A stretch of 64,000 bases of DNA, from NCBI GenBank assembly GCA_039588275.1, contig JBDHAC010000027.1, positions 32,070 through 96,069 of the forward strand, in the 5' to 3' direction. Source of the DNA: Gemmatimonadota bacterium. Lineage in GTDB: Bacteria > Gemmatimonadota > Gemmatimonadetes > Palauibacterales > Palauibacteraceae. Position 1 is the stretch's first letter, and the number at the start of each line of letters is the position of its first letter. Below the pieces are notes generated by a model. That model was given only the letters and a program-made list of their open reading frames with translations. It made no database searches and had not been told where the DNA came from. Both the position numbers and the translations under genes were made by a program. This document shows, piece by piece, positions 20,652 to 31,015 of the stretch.

Positions 20652-20654
20652 CGC

Positions 20655-23585
20655 TCAACGGGACGCCGAGGGGGCGTCAGCTTCTGGGGCGGCCGTCGAG
20701 GGGTGTCGTCTGAGGTATGCCCCGGTTCGCGACTCCGAGGCAGCGCGGATGCGGGATGGTGGGCCGGCCGCCACCACGAGACCGCCCTCCTCGGCAGCTC
20801 CCGGTCCCAGGTCCACGATCCAGTCGGCTCCAGCGATCACGTCGAGGTTGTGCTCGATCACGATGACGGTGTGGTGCTCGGCGACCAGCTGCCTCAACAC
20901 GGAGCAAAGCGTCGCGACTTCGCCCACCCCCAGCCCGACCGTGGGCTCGTCGAGGATGTAGACTCGGCGCCCGGCACGGCGGGGGCGGGCGAGCTCACGC
21001 GCGATCTTGAGCCGCTGCGCCTCGCCCCCGGACAGGGTCGTGGCGGGCTGGCCCAGGCGCAGGTACCCGAGTCCCACTCGCTGGAGCTGCCACAGGGTCT
21101 CGCCGAGGCGGTCCTGGCGAATGAAGAAACGGATCGCCTCGTCGACCGTGAGATCCAGAACGTCCCGGATGTTGCGTCCGCGGTATTCGATCTCGAGCAC
21201 ATCGTCGCGAAACCGCGCGCCGCCGCAGGCCTCGCACGGGACCGCGACGTCGGCCAGGAACACCATCTCGACGATCTCCTCGCCCGCCCCCTTGCAAACC
21301 TCGCACCGTCCTCCTGCCCGATTGAAGCTGAAGTACCCCGGGCCGTAGCCACGCTTCCGGGCCTCGCGCTGGGCAGCGAACACCCGGCGGATCTCACCGA
21401 AAGCCCTGATGTAGGTGGCCGGGTTCGAGCGTGAGGTACGCCCGATCGGCTGTTGGTCCACGAGCACCACCGCCTCGACGGCCGAGGTCCCTTCCAGCCG
21501 CTCGTAGGTGCCCTCCGCCTCGCCCAGGTGAGCCTTGGCGCTCGCCCGGCCACCGAGTGCCCGTTCGAGCCCGTGATACAGCACGTGGCGGATCAAAGTC
21601 GACTTCCCGGATCCGGATACTCCCGAAACGACGATCAGGGCGCCAAGGGGGAGATCCACGTCGACTCCGCGCAGGTTGTGCAGCCTCGCGCCATTCAGCT
21701 GAAGCCACCCGTCTTCACCCACCTGCCGACGCGAGCCGGATGGCGCCTCGAACCGGCTGTGGGCTCGCTCCGCCAACGCGCGCCCGGTGCTCGTGTCGGC
21801 CCGCACAAGCTCGGGCCAGCACCCCTCGAACACGACTTCCCCGCCTCGCTCGCCAGCCCCCGGCCCGAGCTCGACGATGCGATCCGCCCGTTCCAGGACG
21901 GCGGGCTCGTGCTCGACGACCAACACGGTATTCCCCCGGCCACCGAGCCGCTCCAGCACGCTGACGAAGCGCTCGATGTCGTACGCGTGCAGTCCTATGG
22001 TGGGCTCGTCCAGAACGTAGAGCGTGTCGACCAACTGGCTGCCCAGGCAGCTCGCGAGCCGGATCCGCTGCATCTCGCCACCCGACAGCGAACGCGCCTG
22101 GCGGTCGAGCGTCAGGTACCCGAGTCCAACGTCATCCAGGAACTGGAGTCGGTCCGCGATCTCACGGTGGATCGTCTTCGCCACCTTGCGCTCGAACGTC
22201 GTCAACTCGACCTCCTGGAGCCACGCCAGGAGTGCCGAGATCTCGAGCCCGGCGGCGGCGGCGATGGTCAGCTCGCCGACCCGGACGTTCAGCGCCTCGG
22301 GCTTGAGACGGGTGCCCGAGCACCGCGAGCACGGGCGAGGGAGCTGGTACTGCCGCAGGAACATCCGGATGTAGGGCTTGTACCGCTTGCGCTCCTTCGA
22401 GCGGAGGAACGGAATCGCCCCCCTGAAGCCATCACCGCCTTCGAGGAGCTGCGCCCGTGCCCGCTCGGGGAGGTCTCGCCAGGGAGCGTCCATGTCGATC
22501 CCGGCGTCATCCGCGAAGCGTCGCAGCGTGGCTCGCTCGCGGCGGTACCGGGGCTTGCCCCACGGATCGATCGCCCCCTCGGTCAGGGAGCGAGAGGCAT
22601 CGGGCACGATGAGCTCGGGGGCATACTCCAGGGTCGCACCGAAGCCGGTACATTCCGGGCACGCGCCGGCCGGGCTGTTAAAGCTGAACAGGACGGGGCG
22701 AGGCTCCGGAAAGTCGCGTCCGCACTCGGTGCACCGGAACGCTTCGGTGAACGCGTATCGCTCCGCGACGCGAGGATCGGACTCGCCTTCCGGCAACCGC
22801 AACACGACCGCGTGGCCGCCTCCCTCGGCGAACGCGGCCGCCAGTGAGTCGGTCAACCGCTCGCGGTCCTCCGGCTCGACCCGCGTGCGGTCCACCACCA
22901 CCAGAAGATCGCGTGTCTTCGGGAGGTCGAGCCTGGTCCCTCCACGTGACTCGTCTTCCGTTGCTCCCTCTGCGTTCGGCGCAGCCATGTCGGCGTCTGC
23001 GGCACCCTCTTCCGCCAGATCGGGCAGATACAGCTCCGCACCGTCGGCCAGGACCCGCAGATACCCCTGCGCTTGCAGGTTGGAGACGGCGAGCGTGTGG
23101 GTGATCTCGGCGCTGAAACGAAACGGGAACGCCACGTAGATCCGGGTCCCCTCATCCCACGCCAGGACCCGGTCCGCCGCGGTCTGAACGGTGTCGGGAA
23201 CGACGTGTCGCTGGCACTCCGGACACACCGTACGGCCCACGCGAGCCCACAGGAGTCGCAGGTAGTCGTACACCTCGGTCACGGTGCCGACCGTCGAGCG
23301 GCTCGACTTGACGGTGTTCCGTTGGTCGATCGACACCGCGGGGCTGACGCCTTCGATCCGATCCACGGCGGGTTTCGGCATCCGCTCGAGAAACTGCTTC
23401 GCGTACGTCGACAGCGACTCGACATAGCGCCTCTGCCCCTCGGCGTAGATCGTATCGAAGGCGAGCGTGGACTTGCCGGATCCGGACGGACCCGTCACCA
23501 CGGTGAGCGCGCGGTGTGGCAGGTCGAGATCGACGCCCTTGAGGTTGTGCTGTCGCGCACCGCGCACCCGGATGACGTTGGCCAT
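20655..23585 (-). CDS. uvrA: Excinuclease ABC subunit A (UvrA family)
   Basis: GARQHNLK, two Walker A motifs (GPSGSGKS, GVSGSGKS), two LSGGE signatures, CxxC zinc modules. Confidence 0.93.
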   Translation of the reverse strand: MANVIRVRGARQHNLKGVDLDLPHRALTVVTGPSGSGKSTLAFDTIYAEGQRRYVESLSTYAKQFLERMPKPAVDRIEGVSPAVSIDQRNTVKSSRSTVGTVTEVYDYLRLLWARVGRTVCPECQRHVVPDTVQTAADRVLAWDEGTRIYVAFPFRFSAEITHTLAVSNLQAQGYLRVLADGAELYLPDLAEEGAADADMAAPNAEGATEDESRGGTRLDLPKTRDLLVVVDRTRVEPEDRERLTDSLAAAFAEGGGHAVVLRLPEGESDPRVAERYAFTEAFRCTECGRDFPEPRPVLFSFNSPAGACPECTGFGATLEYAPELIVPDASRSLTEGAIDPWGKPRYRRERATLRRFADDAGIDMDAPWRDLPERARAQLLEGGDGFRGAIPFLRSKERKRYKPYIRMFLRQYQLPRPCSRCSGTRLKPEALNVRVGELTIAAAAGLEISALLAWLQEVELTTFERKVAKTIHREIADRLQFLDDVGLGYLTLDRQARSLSGGEMQRIRLASCLGSQLVDTLYVLDEPTIGLHAYDIERFVSVLERLGGRGNTVLVVEHEPAVLERADRIVELGPGAGERGGEVVFEGCWPELVRADTSTGRALAERAHSRFEAPSGSRRQVGEDGWLQLNGARLHNLRGVDVDLPLGALIVVSGVSGSGKSTLIRHVLYHGLERALGGRASAKAHLGEAEGTYERLEGTSAVEAVVLVDQQPIGRTSRSNPATYIRAFGEIRRVFAAQREARKRGYGPGYFSFNRAGGRCEVCKGAGEEIVEMVFLADVAVPCEACGGARFRDDVLEIEYRGRNIRDVLDLTVDEAIRFFIRQDRLGETLWQLQRVGLGYLRLGQPATTLSGGEAQRLKIARELARPRRAGRRVYILDEPTVGLGVGEVATLCSVLRQLVAEHHTVIVIEHNLDVIAGADWIVDLGPGAAEEGGLVVAAGPPSRIRAASESRTGAYLRRHPSTAAPEADAPSASR

Positions 23586-23751
23586 TCCGGATGATGGCCG
23601 AAGGGCGCTGACGGCGCCAACCTCCCGGCCAGTGGAAGCTGGCGCGGACGCCGACTATCTTCCGCCGAATCCGTCCGGGGATGCCGAATTCCGAAAAGCG
23701 CTCGGAAGAAAGGCGCTCGGCATCTGCGGCACCGACGACCGGCCTGGCTGA

Positions 23752-25596
23752 ATGCAGACGAGCCCGCAAGGACCGATTCGCGAAGAAGAGGCGCTCGGGA
23801 AGGCGTACGACGCACGGTTGATGCGTCGGCTGCTCGCCTATCTGCGCCCATATCGACCGCGGGTCGCGCTCGCCGTGGTGATGCTGATCCTCGCCTCGGG
23901 ACTGGCTTTGGTGGGGCCATGGCTGACGAAAGAGGCGATCGACGGGGCGATCCCCGCAGGGGATTATCGCGCCCTGGCCCTGCTCGGCTCGCTCCTGGTC
24001 GCGTCGCTCGCCTTCGCCGGACTCCTCGAGTACGGGCGCACGATCCTCACTACCTGGATCGGGCAGAACGTGATGCTCGATCTGCGGGCGGAGATCTTCG
24101 CGAAGCTACAGCGCCTCAGTCTGTCTTACTTCGATCGGCACCCGGTGGGGAGGCTGATGACGCGCCTCACGAGCGACGTCGAGGTGCTGAACGAGATGTT
24201 CACGTCGGGCGTCGTGACGATCTTCGGGGATGTGTTCACGGTGGCGTTCATCATGGCGGCGATGCTGGCCATGGATGTGCAGCTCGCACTCGTCACGTTC
24301 GCCGTGTTGCCGCTCGTATTCGCGGCGGGGTGGACCTTCCGGCGGAAGGTGAGGGAGGCCTACCGGGACATCCGGGTACGGCTGGCGAGGATCAACTCGT
24401 TCCTCCAGGAACGGATCAGCGGCGTCGGCGTCGTGCAGCTCTTCGGTCAGGAGCGCGCGACGCAAGACCGCTTCGAGGAGATCAACGACGACCATCTCCA
24501 GGCGCACCTGCGATCGATCACCTACTACGCGCTCTTCTTTCCGGTGGTGGAGCTCCTCGCCGCCGTCGCGCTGGCACTCATCATATGGTACGGCGGAAAC
24601 GAGGCGCTGCGAGGCTCGCTCACGATCGGCGTGATCGCGGCCTTCCTTCAATACGCCAGACGGTTCTTCAGGCCGATCCAGGATTTGTCGGAGAAATACA
24701 ACATCCTCCAGGGTGCGATGGCGAGCTCGGAGCGAATATTCCGGCTGCTGGACGAGATCCCGGAGATCGCCGATCCCACCCGCCCCGCGAGCCGGCCGGC
24801 GTCGGTTCGAGGCCGGATCTCGTTCGAGGATGTGTGGTTCCGATACGGTTCACCGTCGGCCGAGGCCCCGGATGAAGAGGCCGAGACCCAACCCGGGGAC
24901 GTGTGGGTCCTCAAGGGGATCGACTTCACCGTGGAACCCGGACAACGTGTGGCTCTCGTGGGTGCGACGGGAGCCGGCAAAACGACCATCTTCAGCCTGC
25001 TGATGAGGTTCTACGAGCCCCAGCGAGGACGGATAACCCTCGACGGAGTGGACATCCGCGAGATCCCCAGACAGGAACTGCGGAGGTGCATGGGACTCGT
25101 GTTGCAGGACGTCTATCTCTTCTCGGGCTCGGCTGGCAGGAACATCACGTTCAGCCGCGAGCAGATCACGGACGCTCGGATGCGGGAGGCCGCAGCGCGG
25201 GTCGGGGTCGCCAAGTACGTGGAGCGGCTCCCGGCGGGCTACGAGCAACCGCTGGGGGAGCGAGGCAGCAACCTGAGCGTGGGGGAGCGTCAGCTTCTGT
25301 CGTTTGCGCGCGCCCTCGCCGGAGATCCGCGGATCCTGCTACTGGATGAGGCCACCAGCTCGGTGGACTCCGAGATCGAAGCGCAGATACAGATCGCGCT
25401 TGAAGAGCTCATGCTGGGTCGCACGAGTCTCGTGATCGCGCACCGGCTCTCCACCATTCAGGGAGCGGACCGGATCCTCCTCCTGCACCACGGGGAGATC
25501 ATGGAATCCGGGACGCACGCCGAGCTGCTGGAGCGCGGGGGGCTGTACGCGCAGCTGCACCGGCTACAGTTCGAGCGTCCGACGGCTGCGGCGTGA
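23752..25596 (+). CDS. ABC exporter, fused permease/ATPase (MsbA/MdlB-like)
   Basis: TM domain plus GATGAGKT, LSVGERQ, LLDEATS, IAHRLST. Confidence 0.93.
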   Translation: MQTSPQGPIREEEALGKAYDARLMRRLLAYLRPYRPRVALAVVMLILASGLALVGPWLTKEAIDGAIPAGDYRALALLGSLLVASLAFAGLLEYGRTILTTWIGQNVMLDLRAEIFAKLQRLSLSYFDRHPVGRLMTRLTSDVEVLNEMFTSGVVTIFGDVFTVAFIMAAMLAMDVQLALVTFAVLPLVFAAGWTFRRKVREAYRDIRVRLARINSFLQERISGVGVVQLFGQERATQDRFEEINDDHLQAHLRSITYYALFFPVVELLAAVALALIIWYGGNEALRGSLTIGVIAAFLQYARRFFRPIQDLSEKYNILQGAMASSERIFRLLDEIPEIADPTRPASRPASVRGRISFEDVWFRYGSPSAEAPDEEAETQPGDVWVLKGIDFTVEPGQRVALVGATGAGKTTIFSLLMRFYEPQRGRITLDGVDIREIPRQELRRCMGLVLQDVYLFSGSAGRNITFSREQITDARMREAAARVGVAKYVERLPAGYEQPLGERGSNLSVGERQLLSFARALAGDPRILLLDEATSSVDSEIEAQIQIALEELMLGRTSLVIAHRLSTIQGADRILLLHHGEIMESGTHAELLERGGLYAQLHRLQFERPTAAA

Positions 25597-25814
25597 CCGA
25601 ACTGGTCGAGGTCGCCGCGAGGATCGACCTTCGCTGGGTGCTGGCGGCCCTGCTGGGAGCGCTGGATGTTTGGTCGATCTCGCTCGTGCTGCTGTCGGCG
25701 GCGGCGCGGCGGGAGAAGGTCCTGTGGACCAGCGTGATCCTGCTATGCCCGATCGTCGGCTGCCTCTTCTGGTTCGTGCTCGGACCCAAGCCGGCGCGCT
25801 CCGCGCAGCGCTGA
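25593..25814 (+). CDS. Small two-TM protein, PLDc N-terminal domain-like
   Basis: KVLW...ILLCPIVG.L.WFVLG pattern; GTGA overlap with upstream gene. Confidence 0.7.
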   Translation: MTELVEVAARIDLRWVLAALLGALDVWSISLVLLSAAARREKVLWTSVILLCPIVGCLFWFVLGPKPARSAQR

Positions 25815-25829
25815 CCGGTCTATCCTCCT

Positions 25830-27185
25830 TCACATCACTCGTTCCCTGATCAGTTGCAGCATCAACTCCGCCCCCGCCTGCGCGGCGCCACCTCGTGAGT
25901 CCACGTAGCGCCGTCCGCGGTCGCCGATCCGATTGCGGCTTTCCTCATCGAAGAGCCCCTCGATCGCCTCGATCAAGGAGTCCCGGGTCACTTCGATCGC
26001 CCCACCGACCGCGACCAGTTCGCCCGCTTCACGCCGATCATGGCGGGGACCGAACAGGACCGGCACCGCGGCGGCCGCGGGCTCCAGCACGTTATGCAGC
26101 CCGGTGCCTCCGATTCCTCCACCCACGTACGCTAAATCGGCAGCCGCGTACAGCTCGGCCAGCGGCCCGATCTCATCAAACGCGACCACCTCGGCGCCGG
26201 CTTCGCCCCTGAGGCTCGCTTCCGGCTCGACCTCCCCGTGGTTGACGCGTGGGGCTCCGCCAGGCGCGATCTCGGACCAACGAACGGCGCGCGCGCCGCG
26301 CCGCCGACAGGCGTCGAGCAGGCGCGTCAGGTGGGAATCGGTAGGCTGGTGCGGCGCTATTACCATCTGGATGCCGCGCCGCCGCACGTCCAGGGCGTCC
26401 TGCGCGGCGAGCAGCGCATCCTCGTCCTCGGGCCACGTGGACCCGGCCACGAGCCGCATACCTCCCGGCGGTCGGGGCGGCAGCGACGCCTCGAACCGCT
26501 CGCGCGCTCCACCCGGCACACGCGCACGCTCGGCGCGCGCGACCGCGAGGTCGAAGCTGGCGTCACCGGTCACGCGGAGCGCCTCCGGTCTCACGCCCAT
26601 CCGCCGCAGCCGTCGAGCATCCTCGTCCGAAGCCGCGCCCACGAGCGACAGATCGGCGTAGACGGGGTGAAGGGCGGCGCGTGCGAGGGGTCTCATCCGC
26701 CGGCTTTTCCGGCGCACTACCGCGTTGATCATTCCGACGGGCACTCCCGCACGCACGGCCGCCCGCGTCAGACCGGGCCACACATCCAGCTTCGCGTACA
26801 CGAGGGCGTCCGGGCGTACGGCTGCCATCGCGCGCTGGCAATCCCGGCGTGTGTCGAGCGGTGGGTACGCGGCCTGGTCGGGCTCCAGGTGTGCGAGCGC
26901 GGCGGCACCGGAGGGGGAGAAGTGAGTCACCAGCAGCTGGATATCCGTCTGCCGACGGAGCGCCTGAACCGCGGGTGCGGCGCCCAGCAACTCACCGGCG
27001 GAGGCGCCGTGCAGCCACACGAGCGGTCCAGCCGCCCGCGAACGACCCCAGGTCTCCAGGAGACCCGCTGCGGCGCTGCGCTCGGCGATCATGGCTGCCT
27101 CGGACGGCCGCACGTGATGCAGAAGTGGTGCGACCCACCGGGCGAGCGCCGCCACCGTCCCGGATGCTCGTTCCGCGACGCTCAA
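25830..27185 (-). CDS. waaA: 3-deoxy-D-manno-octulosonic acid (Kdo) transferase
   Basis: WLHGASAGE, YPPLD, AGSTWPED, YVGGG, HNVLEPA; start uncertain. Confidence 0.85.
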   Translation of the reverse strand: MSVAERASGTVAALARWVAPLLHHVRPSEAAMIAERSAAAGLLETWGRSRAAGPLVWLHGASAGELLGAAPAVQALRRQTDIQLLVTHFSPSGAAALAHLEPDQAAYPPLDTRRDCQRAMAAVRPDALVYAKLDVWPGLTRAAVRAGVPVGMINAVVRRKSRRMRPLARAALHPVYADLSLVGAASDEDARRLRRMGVRPEALRVTGDASFDLAVARAERARVPGGARERFEASLPPRPPGGMRLVAGSTWPEDEDALLAAQDALDVRRRGIQMVIAPHQPTDSHLTRLLDACRRRGARAVRWSEIAPGGAPRVNHGEVEPEASLRGEAGAEVVAFDEIGPLAELYAAADLAYVGGGIGGTGLHNVLEPAAAAVPVLFGPRHDRREAGELVAVGGAIEVTRDSLIEAIEGLFDEESRNRIGDRGRRYVDSRGGAAQAGAELMLQLIRERVM

Positions 27186-27232
27186 TGGCCTTCTGCGCTT
27201 CCCCCGTAATCGGGCACGGACTATCCTCTGGT

Positions 27233-28324
27233 GTGCGCTACCTGGGAAACAAGACGCGCCTGATCCCGTTCCTTCTGCGAGCCGTCGGCCGGTTCACGAG
27301 CGAGCCGGGCGTCGCCTGTGATCCGTTCTCGGGCACGGCGAGCGTGGCCAGCGCGCTCAAGCGGGCCGGCTGGCGGGTGCATGCGGGCGATTTGATGGCG
27401 TTCTCGTATGCTCTGCAAGTCGCTCGAGTCGAGCTCGACCGCACGCCTCGATTCGATCCTCACGTGCTTCCCGAACGAGAACGGAACGGATCCAAGAGCG
27501 CCTCCTATCGACGGGTCCTCGAGCACCTCTCCTGCCTCCAGGGTGAAGACGGGTTCGTCACGGAGCATTACACGCTGGCTGGCCACGAGGGGAGGGCGCA
27601 CGGCCGAATGTACTTTGCGGCCGAGAACGCCCGCCGGATCGATGCCATTCGATGTCGCGTCGATCGGTGGTCCGAACGAGGGATTCTCGACCGGAGGCGC
27701 GCGCAGCTGCTCATCGCTACGCTGCTCGAGGCGGCGGATCGCGTCGCGAATACCACCGGCGTATACGCGTCTTTCGTGAAGACGCTGCAGCCAAACGCCC
27801 GTCGGCCGCTCGAGCTGCGGGCGCTTCGTGCAACCAGGCCGATCAACGGCTCGAACGGGTGCAGGGCGTATCTGGGACCCGCCGCCGAGCTGCTGCGGAC
27901 GGTGGGTTCGGTGGATCTGGTGTACCTGGATCCGCCCTACAACGGACGCCAATACCCCGGCTACTACCACATTCCGGAGCTTCTGGCACGGGGTTGGAGC
28001 GACCCGCCCGATCTGCGCGGCAAGACCGGCCTCATCCCGGACGAGGCCGAGCGTTCGGACTGGTGCCGGAAGCATCGGGCCCCGGCTGCGCTGCGAAGCG
28101 TGCTCCAAGCCACGGACGCGCACCATATCCTGTTCAGCTACAACGACGAGGGTTTGCTGCCCCGTCGGACGATCGCCGCCGCACTGCGTGAGTGGGGCAA
28201 CGCGGACACCTACCGATGTTTGCAGCGACCCTACCGTCGATACCGCAGCGATGCGGATGGCCCGGCCCGGAACTACCGGCGCGACCGGGTCCACGAGCAC
28301 CTTCACTACGTCGCGGCTCGTTAG
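27233..28324 (+). CDS. N6-adenine DNA methyltransferase (D12 class), orphan
   Basis: RYLGNK, motif I DPFSGTASV, catalytic YLDPPY, FSYNDEG; start set at GTG 27233. Confidence 0.88.
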   Translation: MRYLGNKTRLIPFLLRAVGRFTSEPGVACDPFSGTASVASALKRAGWRVHAGDLMAFSYALQVARVELDRTPRFDPHVLPERERNGSKSASYRRVLEHLSCLQGEDGFVTEHYTLAGHEGRAHGRMYFAAENARRIDAIRCRVDRWSERGILDRRRAQLLIATLLEAADRVANTTGVYASFVKTLQPNARRPLELRALRATRPINGSNGCRAYLGPAAELLRTVGSVDLVYLDPPYNGRQYPGYYHIPELLARGWSDPPDLRGKTGLIPDEAERSDWCRKHRAPAALRSVLQATDAHHILFSYNDEGLLPRRTIAAALREWGNADTYRCLQRPYRRYRSDADGPARNYRRDRVHEHLHYVAAR

Positions 28325-28392
28325 AAGGCAGCTGTGGGCTCGAGCGGGGTGTGAGCCTCGAACCGCCCGCGCGCAAGCGTTCCGGTGACCCG

Positions 28393-28695
28393 TCAGGACT
28401 CCCCGTCAGACTCCCATTCGCGCCTCGCATCGTCTTCGTCCTCGAGCGCCTCTTGTACGATGCGACGTGACTCGCGCTCGGTCGGATCCTCGGTCGGGAG
28501 GAGCCGCTCGGTGACACGGACCTCGTACTCGAACAGCATGCGGCGCAGGTCCCCGAGACGACCCATGATGAGTGGCAGATTCCGGAACAGCCGCTCGTCC
28601 TGATCCAGGCGCTTCAGCAAGTCGGCGAACGCGACGAGCGCTGCCCTCACCTCGCGCTCGGTAGGCGGTCTCTTGTCCTGTGAAGGATTGGACAT
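28393..28695 (-). CDS. Hypothetical protein (100 aa, helical)
   Basis: GGAGG RBS before ATG; natural-looking composition; fills the gap. Confidence 0.7.
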   Translation of the reverse strand: MSNPSQDKRPPTEREVRAALVAFADLLKRLDQDERLFRNLPLIMGRLGDLRRMLFEYEVRVTERLLPTEDPTERESRRIVQEALEDEDDARREWESDGES

Positions 28696-28813
28696 CGGGT
28701 CCTCCAGCTTGCCCTTCGCTTCGCCACGGGTCTGCTCGGGGCGCGGCGCCGAACCGGGCAGCGACCTGCTATGTTGTGAAATCTAAGGTCGGATTGGCTA
28801 GGGGGGCCGGCAC

Positions 28814-29878
28814 GTGAGCGTGCGCAACACAGGTGTGATCCGCGGCATTGCTTTCGGGGCTCTGCTCGTATGGCAGGGGTGCTCGCCCACGTACGTCCTG
28901 CGAGCGGGCTGGGAGGAAGCGCGCATCCTCTCCGCGCGGCGACCGATCCAGGAGGTCGTGCACGACACCGCGGCCCCCGCCGAGCTGCGCGCCAAGCTCC
29001 GTCTCGTTCAGGATGCACGCGATTTCGCGGAGCGCTCCCTCGGGCTTCGGGCCGGCGACAGCTTCACGAGCTTTGCCCAACTCACGCGCGACACCCTCGC
29101 GATCAATATTTCCGCGGCTCCGGAGCTCGGGCTCTACTGGAAGACCTGGTGGTTCCCGATCGTCGGGCGTGTGCCGTACAAGGGTTACTTCGACTTCGAG
29201 CAGGCGTTCGAGGAAGCCGAGCGGCTTGAGGCACAGGGATACGACGTGTCGGTCCGGCCGGTCTCCGCCTTCAGCACCCTGGGCTGGCTGCCGGATCCAA
29301 TCCTCTCCACTACGCTGCGGCTCGACAGTCTGTCGCTCGTGGAGACAGTGATTCACGAGATCACGCACACCACGTTCTTTCCCGCCGGGCAGGCGAACTT
29401 CAACGAGAGCTTCGCGAATTTCGTCGGTAGCCGGGCGGCCATCGAGTTCTACTGCGAGGCCGTGGCCGACGCGGAAAAATGCGAGGTCGCACGGTCGCGC
29501 TGGGGCGATACACGCGAGTTCGGCCGCTTCTTCAATTCGGTCGCCGAGCCACTGAAGGAGGCGTACGCCAGCGACCTGTCGGAGGAGGCCAAGCGCGAGC
29601 GAAAGCGTGAGATCTTCCGCAACGCCGCCGAACGATTCGAGACCGACGTCAAGCCACGCCTGCGGGCGGGCCGGTACGGATCCCTGGACCCGGCTCGGCT
29701 GAACAATGCATGGGTCCTGGCGCGTCTGCTCTATTACACGCGGCTGGATGACTTCGAACGGCTGGTTCAGCGGTACGGCTCGTTGGAGCCTTCGCTCCAG
29801 GCCGTATTCCACGAAGCCGCAACGGGGGATGCCTGGGAAGCCCTCGACCGTCTCATCGGGAGCTCGGACCGACAATGA
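28814..29878 (+). CDS. Putative secreted zinc aminopeptidase
   Basis: WWFPIVGRVPYKGYF, AFSTLGW..DP, HEITH zinc motif, FNESFA; signal/lipoprotein-like N-terminus. Confidence 0.85.
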   Translation: MSVRNTGVIRGIAFGALLVWQGCSPTYVLRAGWEEARILSARRPIQEVVHDTAAPAELRAKLRLVQDARDFAERSLGLRAGDSFTSFAQLTRDTLAINISAAPELGLYWKTWWFPIVGRVPYKGYFDFEQAFEEAERLEAQGYDVSVRPVSAFSTLGWLPDPILSTTLRLDSLSLVETVIHEITHTTFFPAGQANFNESFANFVGSRAAIEFYCEAVADAEKCEVARSRWGDTREFGRFFNSVAEPLKEAYASDLSEEAKRERKREIFRNAAERFETDVKPRLRAGRYGSLDPARLNNAWVLARLLYYTRLDDFERLVQRYGSLEPSLQAVFHEAATGDAWEALDRLIGSSDRQ

Positions 29879-30162
29879 CGACTGCCTTCAAGTGTACACG
29901 CTGCGAGCGCGACGGGGCTCGGCCTCTCGATCGAGAGCCGTTCCCCAACGAGCTGGGTCAGCGGCTGATCGCCGAGATCTGCCACGACTGCTGGGAGGAG
30001 TGGAAAGAGCGGCAGATGCTGCTGATCAACCACTACGGGCTCCGTCTGCAAGAATCCGAGGCTCGTGAGTTCCTCTACACGAACCTGCGATCCTTCCTGT
30101 TCGGCGAGGGAGACGCGGGGGCCGAGATCGACACGTCGCAGGAAGGGTCGGTCGACTGGTGA
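29875..30162 (+). CDS. yggX: Fe(II)-trafficking / oxidative damage protection protein (YggX family)
   Basis: PFPNELGQR, CHDCWEEW, QMLLINHYGL, FLFG. Confidence 0.85.
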   Translation: MTTAFKCTRCERDGARPLDREPFPNELGQRLIAEICHDCWEEWKERQMLLINHYGLRLQESEAREFLYTNLRSFLFGEGDAGAEIDTSQEGSVDW

Positions 30163-30199
30163 GACGGATCGTACTTGACGCCACAATCGGTGAGGCGCG

Positions 30200-30931
30200 A
30201 TGAGCGATTTCGGACCCGAAACCTACGGAGACACGATCGCCCCGCGGTACGACGACCTGTACGCGGGCCTCGATCCCACCTCCGCCGTTGACCGCCTCGC
30301 CGAGCTGGCTGGTGGCGGCCGCGCGCTCGAGCTGGCGATCGGGACAGGACGGATCGCTCTTCCGCTGCGCGAGCGGGGCGTGGATGTCCACGGGATCGAC
30401 GCTTCGGCAGAGATGATCGCCCTCTTGCGCCAAAAGCCCGGTGGCGACGAGATCCCAGTCACCATGGGGGACTTCGCGGATGTGTCGGTCGACGGGACGT
30501 TCTCTCTGATCTTCGTCGCGTTCAACACCTTCTTCGCGCTCCTCACACAGGAGGACCAGCTACGCTGTTTCCGGAACGCGGCCGCGCGCCTCACTCCCGA
30601 CGGGGTCTTCGTGATCGAGGCGTTCGTACCCGACCTGTGTCGCTTCGACCGTGGTCAGCGCGTGGCGGCCAGCCGCGTGGAGGTAGGCAGGGTGACGATC
30701 GAGGCGTCCGTCCACGACCCCGCGAATCAACGCGTGGACACCACCCACATGTTCGTGTCGAACCAGGGTGTCGAGCTCTGCCCGTTGAAGATCCGCTACG
30801 CGTGGCCCTCGGAGCTGGACCTCATGGCGATGCTGTCTGGACTCCGGCTGCGAGAGCGCTGGGCGGGCTGGGGGAAGGAACCGTTCTCGAGCGAGAGCGG
30901 CTTCCACGTCTCGGTGTACGCCGCGATCTGA
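30200..30931 (+). CDS. Class I SAM-dependent methyltransferase
   Basis: LELAIGTGR, GIDAS, GDF, LTPDG motifs. Confidence 0.88.
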   Translation: MSDFGPETYGDTIAPRYDDLYAGLDPTSAVDRLAELAGGGRALELAIGTGRIALPLRERGVDVHGIDASAEMIALLRQKPGGDEIPVTMGDFADVSVDGTFSLIFVAFNTFFALLTQEDQLRCFRNAAARLTPDGVFVIEAFVPDLCRFDRGQRVAASRVEVGRVTIEASVHDPANQRVDTTHMFVSNQGVELCPLKIRYAWPSELDLMAMLSGLRLRERWAGWGKEPFSSESGFHVSVYAAI

Positions 30932-30940
30932 TCGGCTAGT

Positions 30941-31015
30941 CGGCCAGATCCGCTTGGCGGCCAGATCGTCAGCCGACCCGAAGCGTCAACCGACCCGAAG
31001 CGTCACGAAGCGTCA
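30941..31015. repeat. Short tandem repeats with 17-nt period between convergent genes
   Basis: CGGCCAGATC at 30941 and 30958; CCGACCCGAAGCGTCA at 30973 and 30990; partial CGAAGCGTCA at 31006. Confidence 0.7.

Noticed and set aside
27233..28695. Restriction-modification system
   Set aside because: No endonuclease-like ORF; the convergent 100-aa protein shows no PD-(D/E)xK or HNH motif
30941..31015. Possible CRISPR array
   Set aside because: Units are 10-16 nt with no unique spacers and there are no cas genes; the 2373-2420 repeats fail for the same reason
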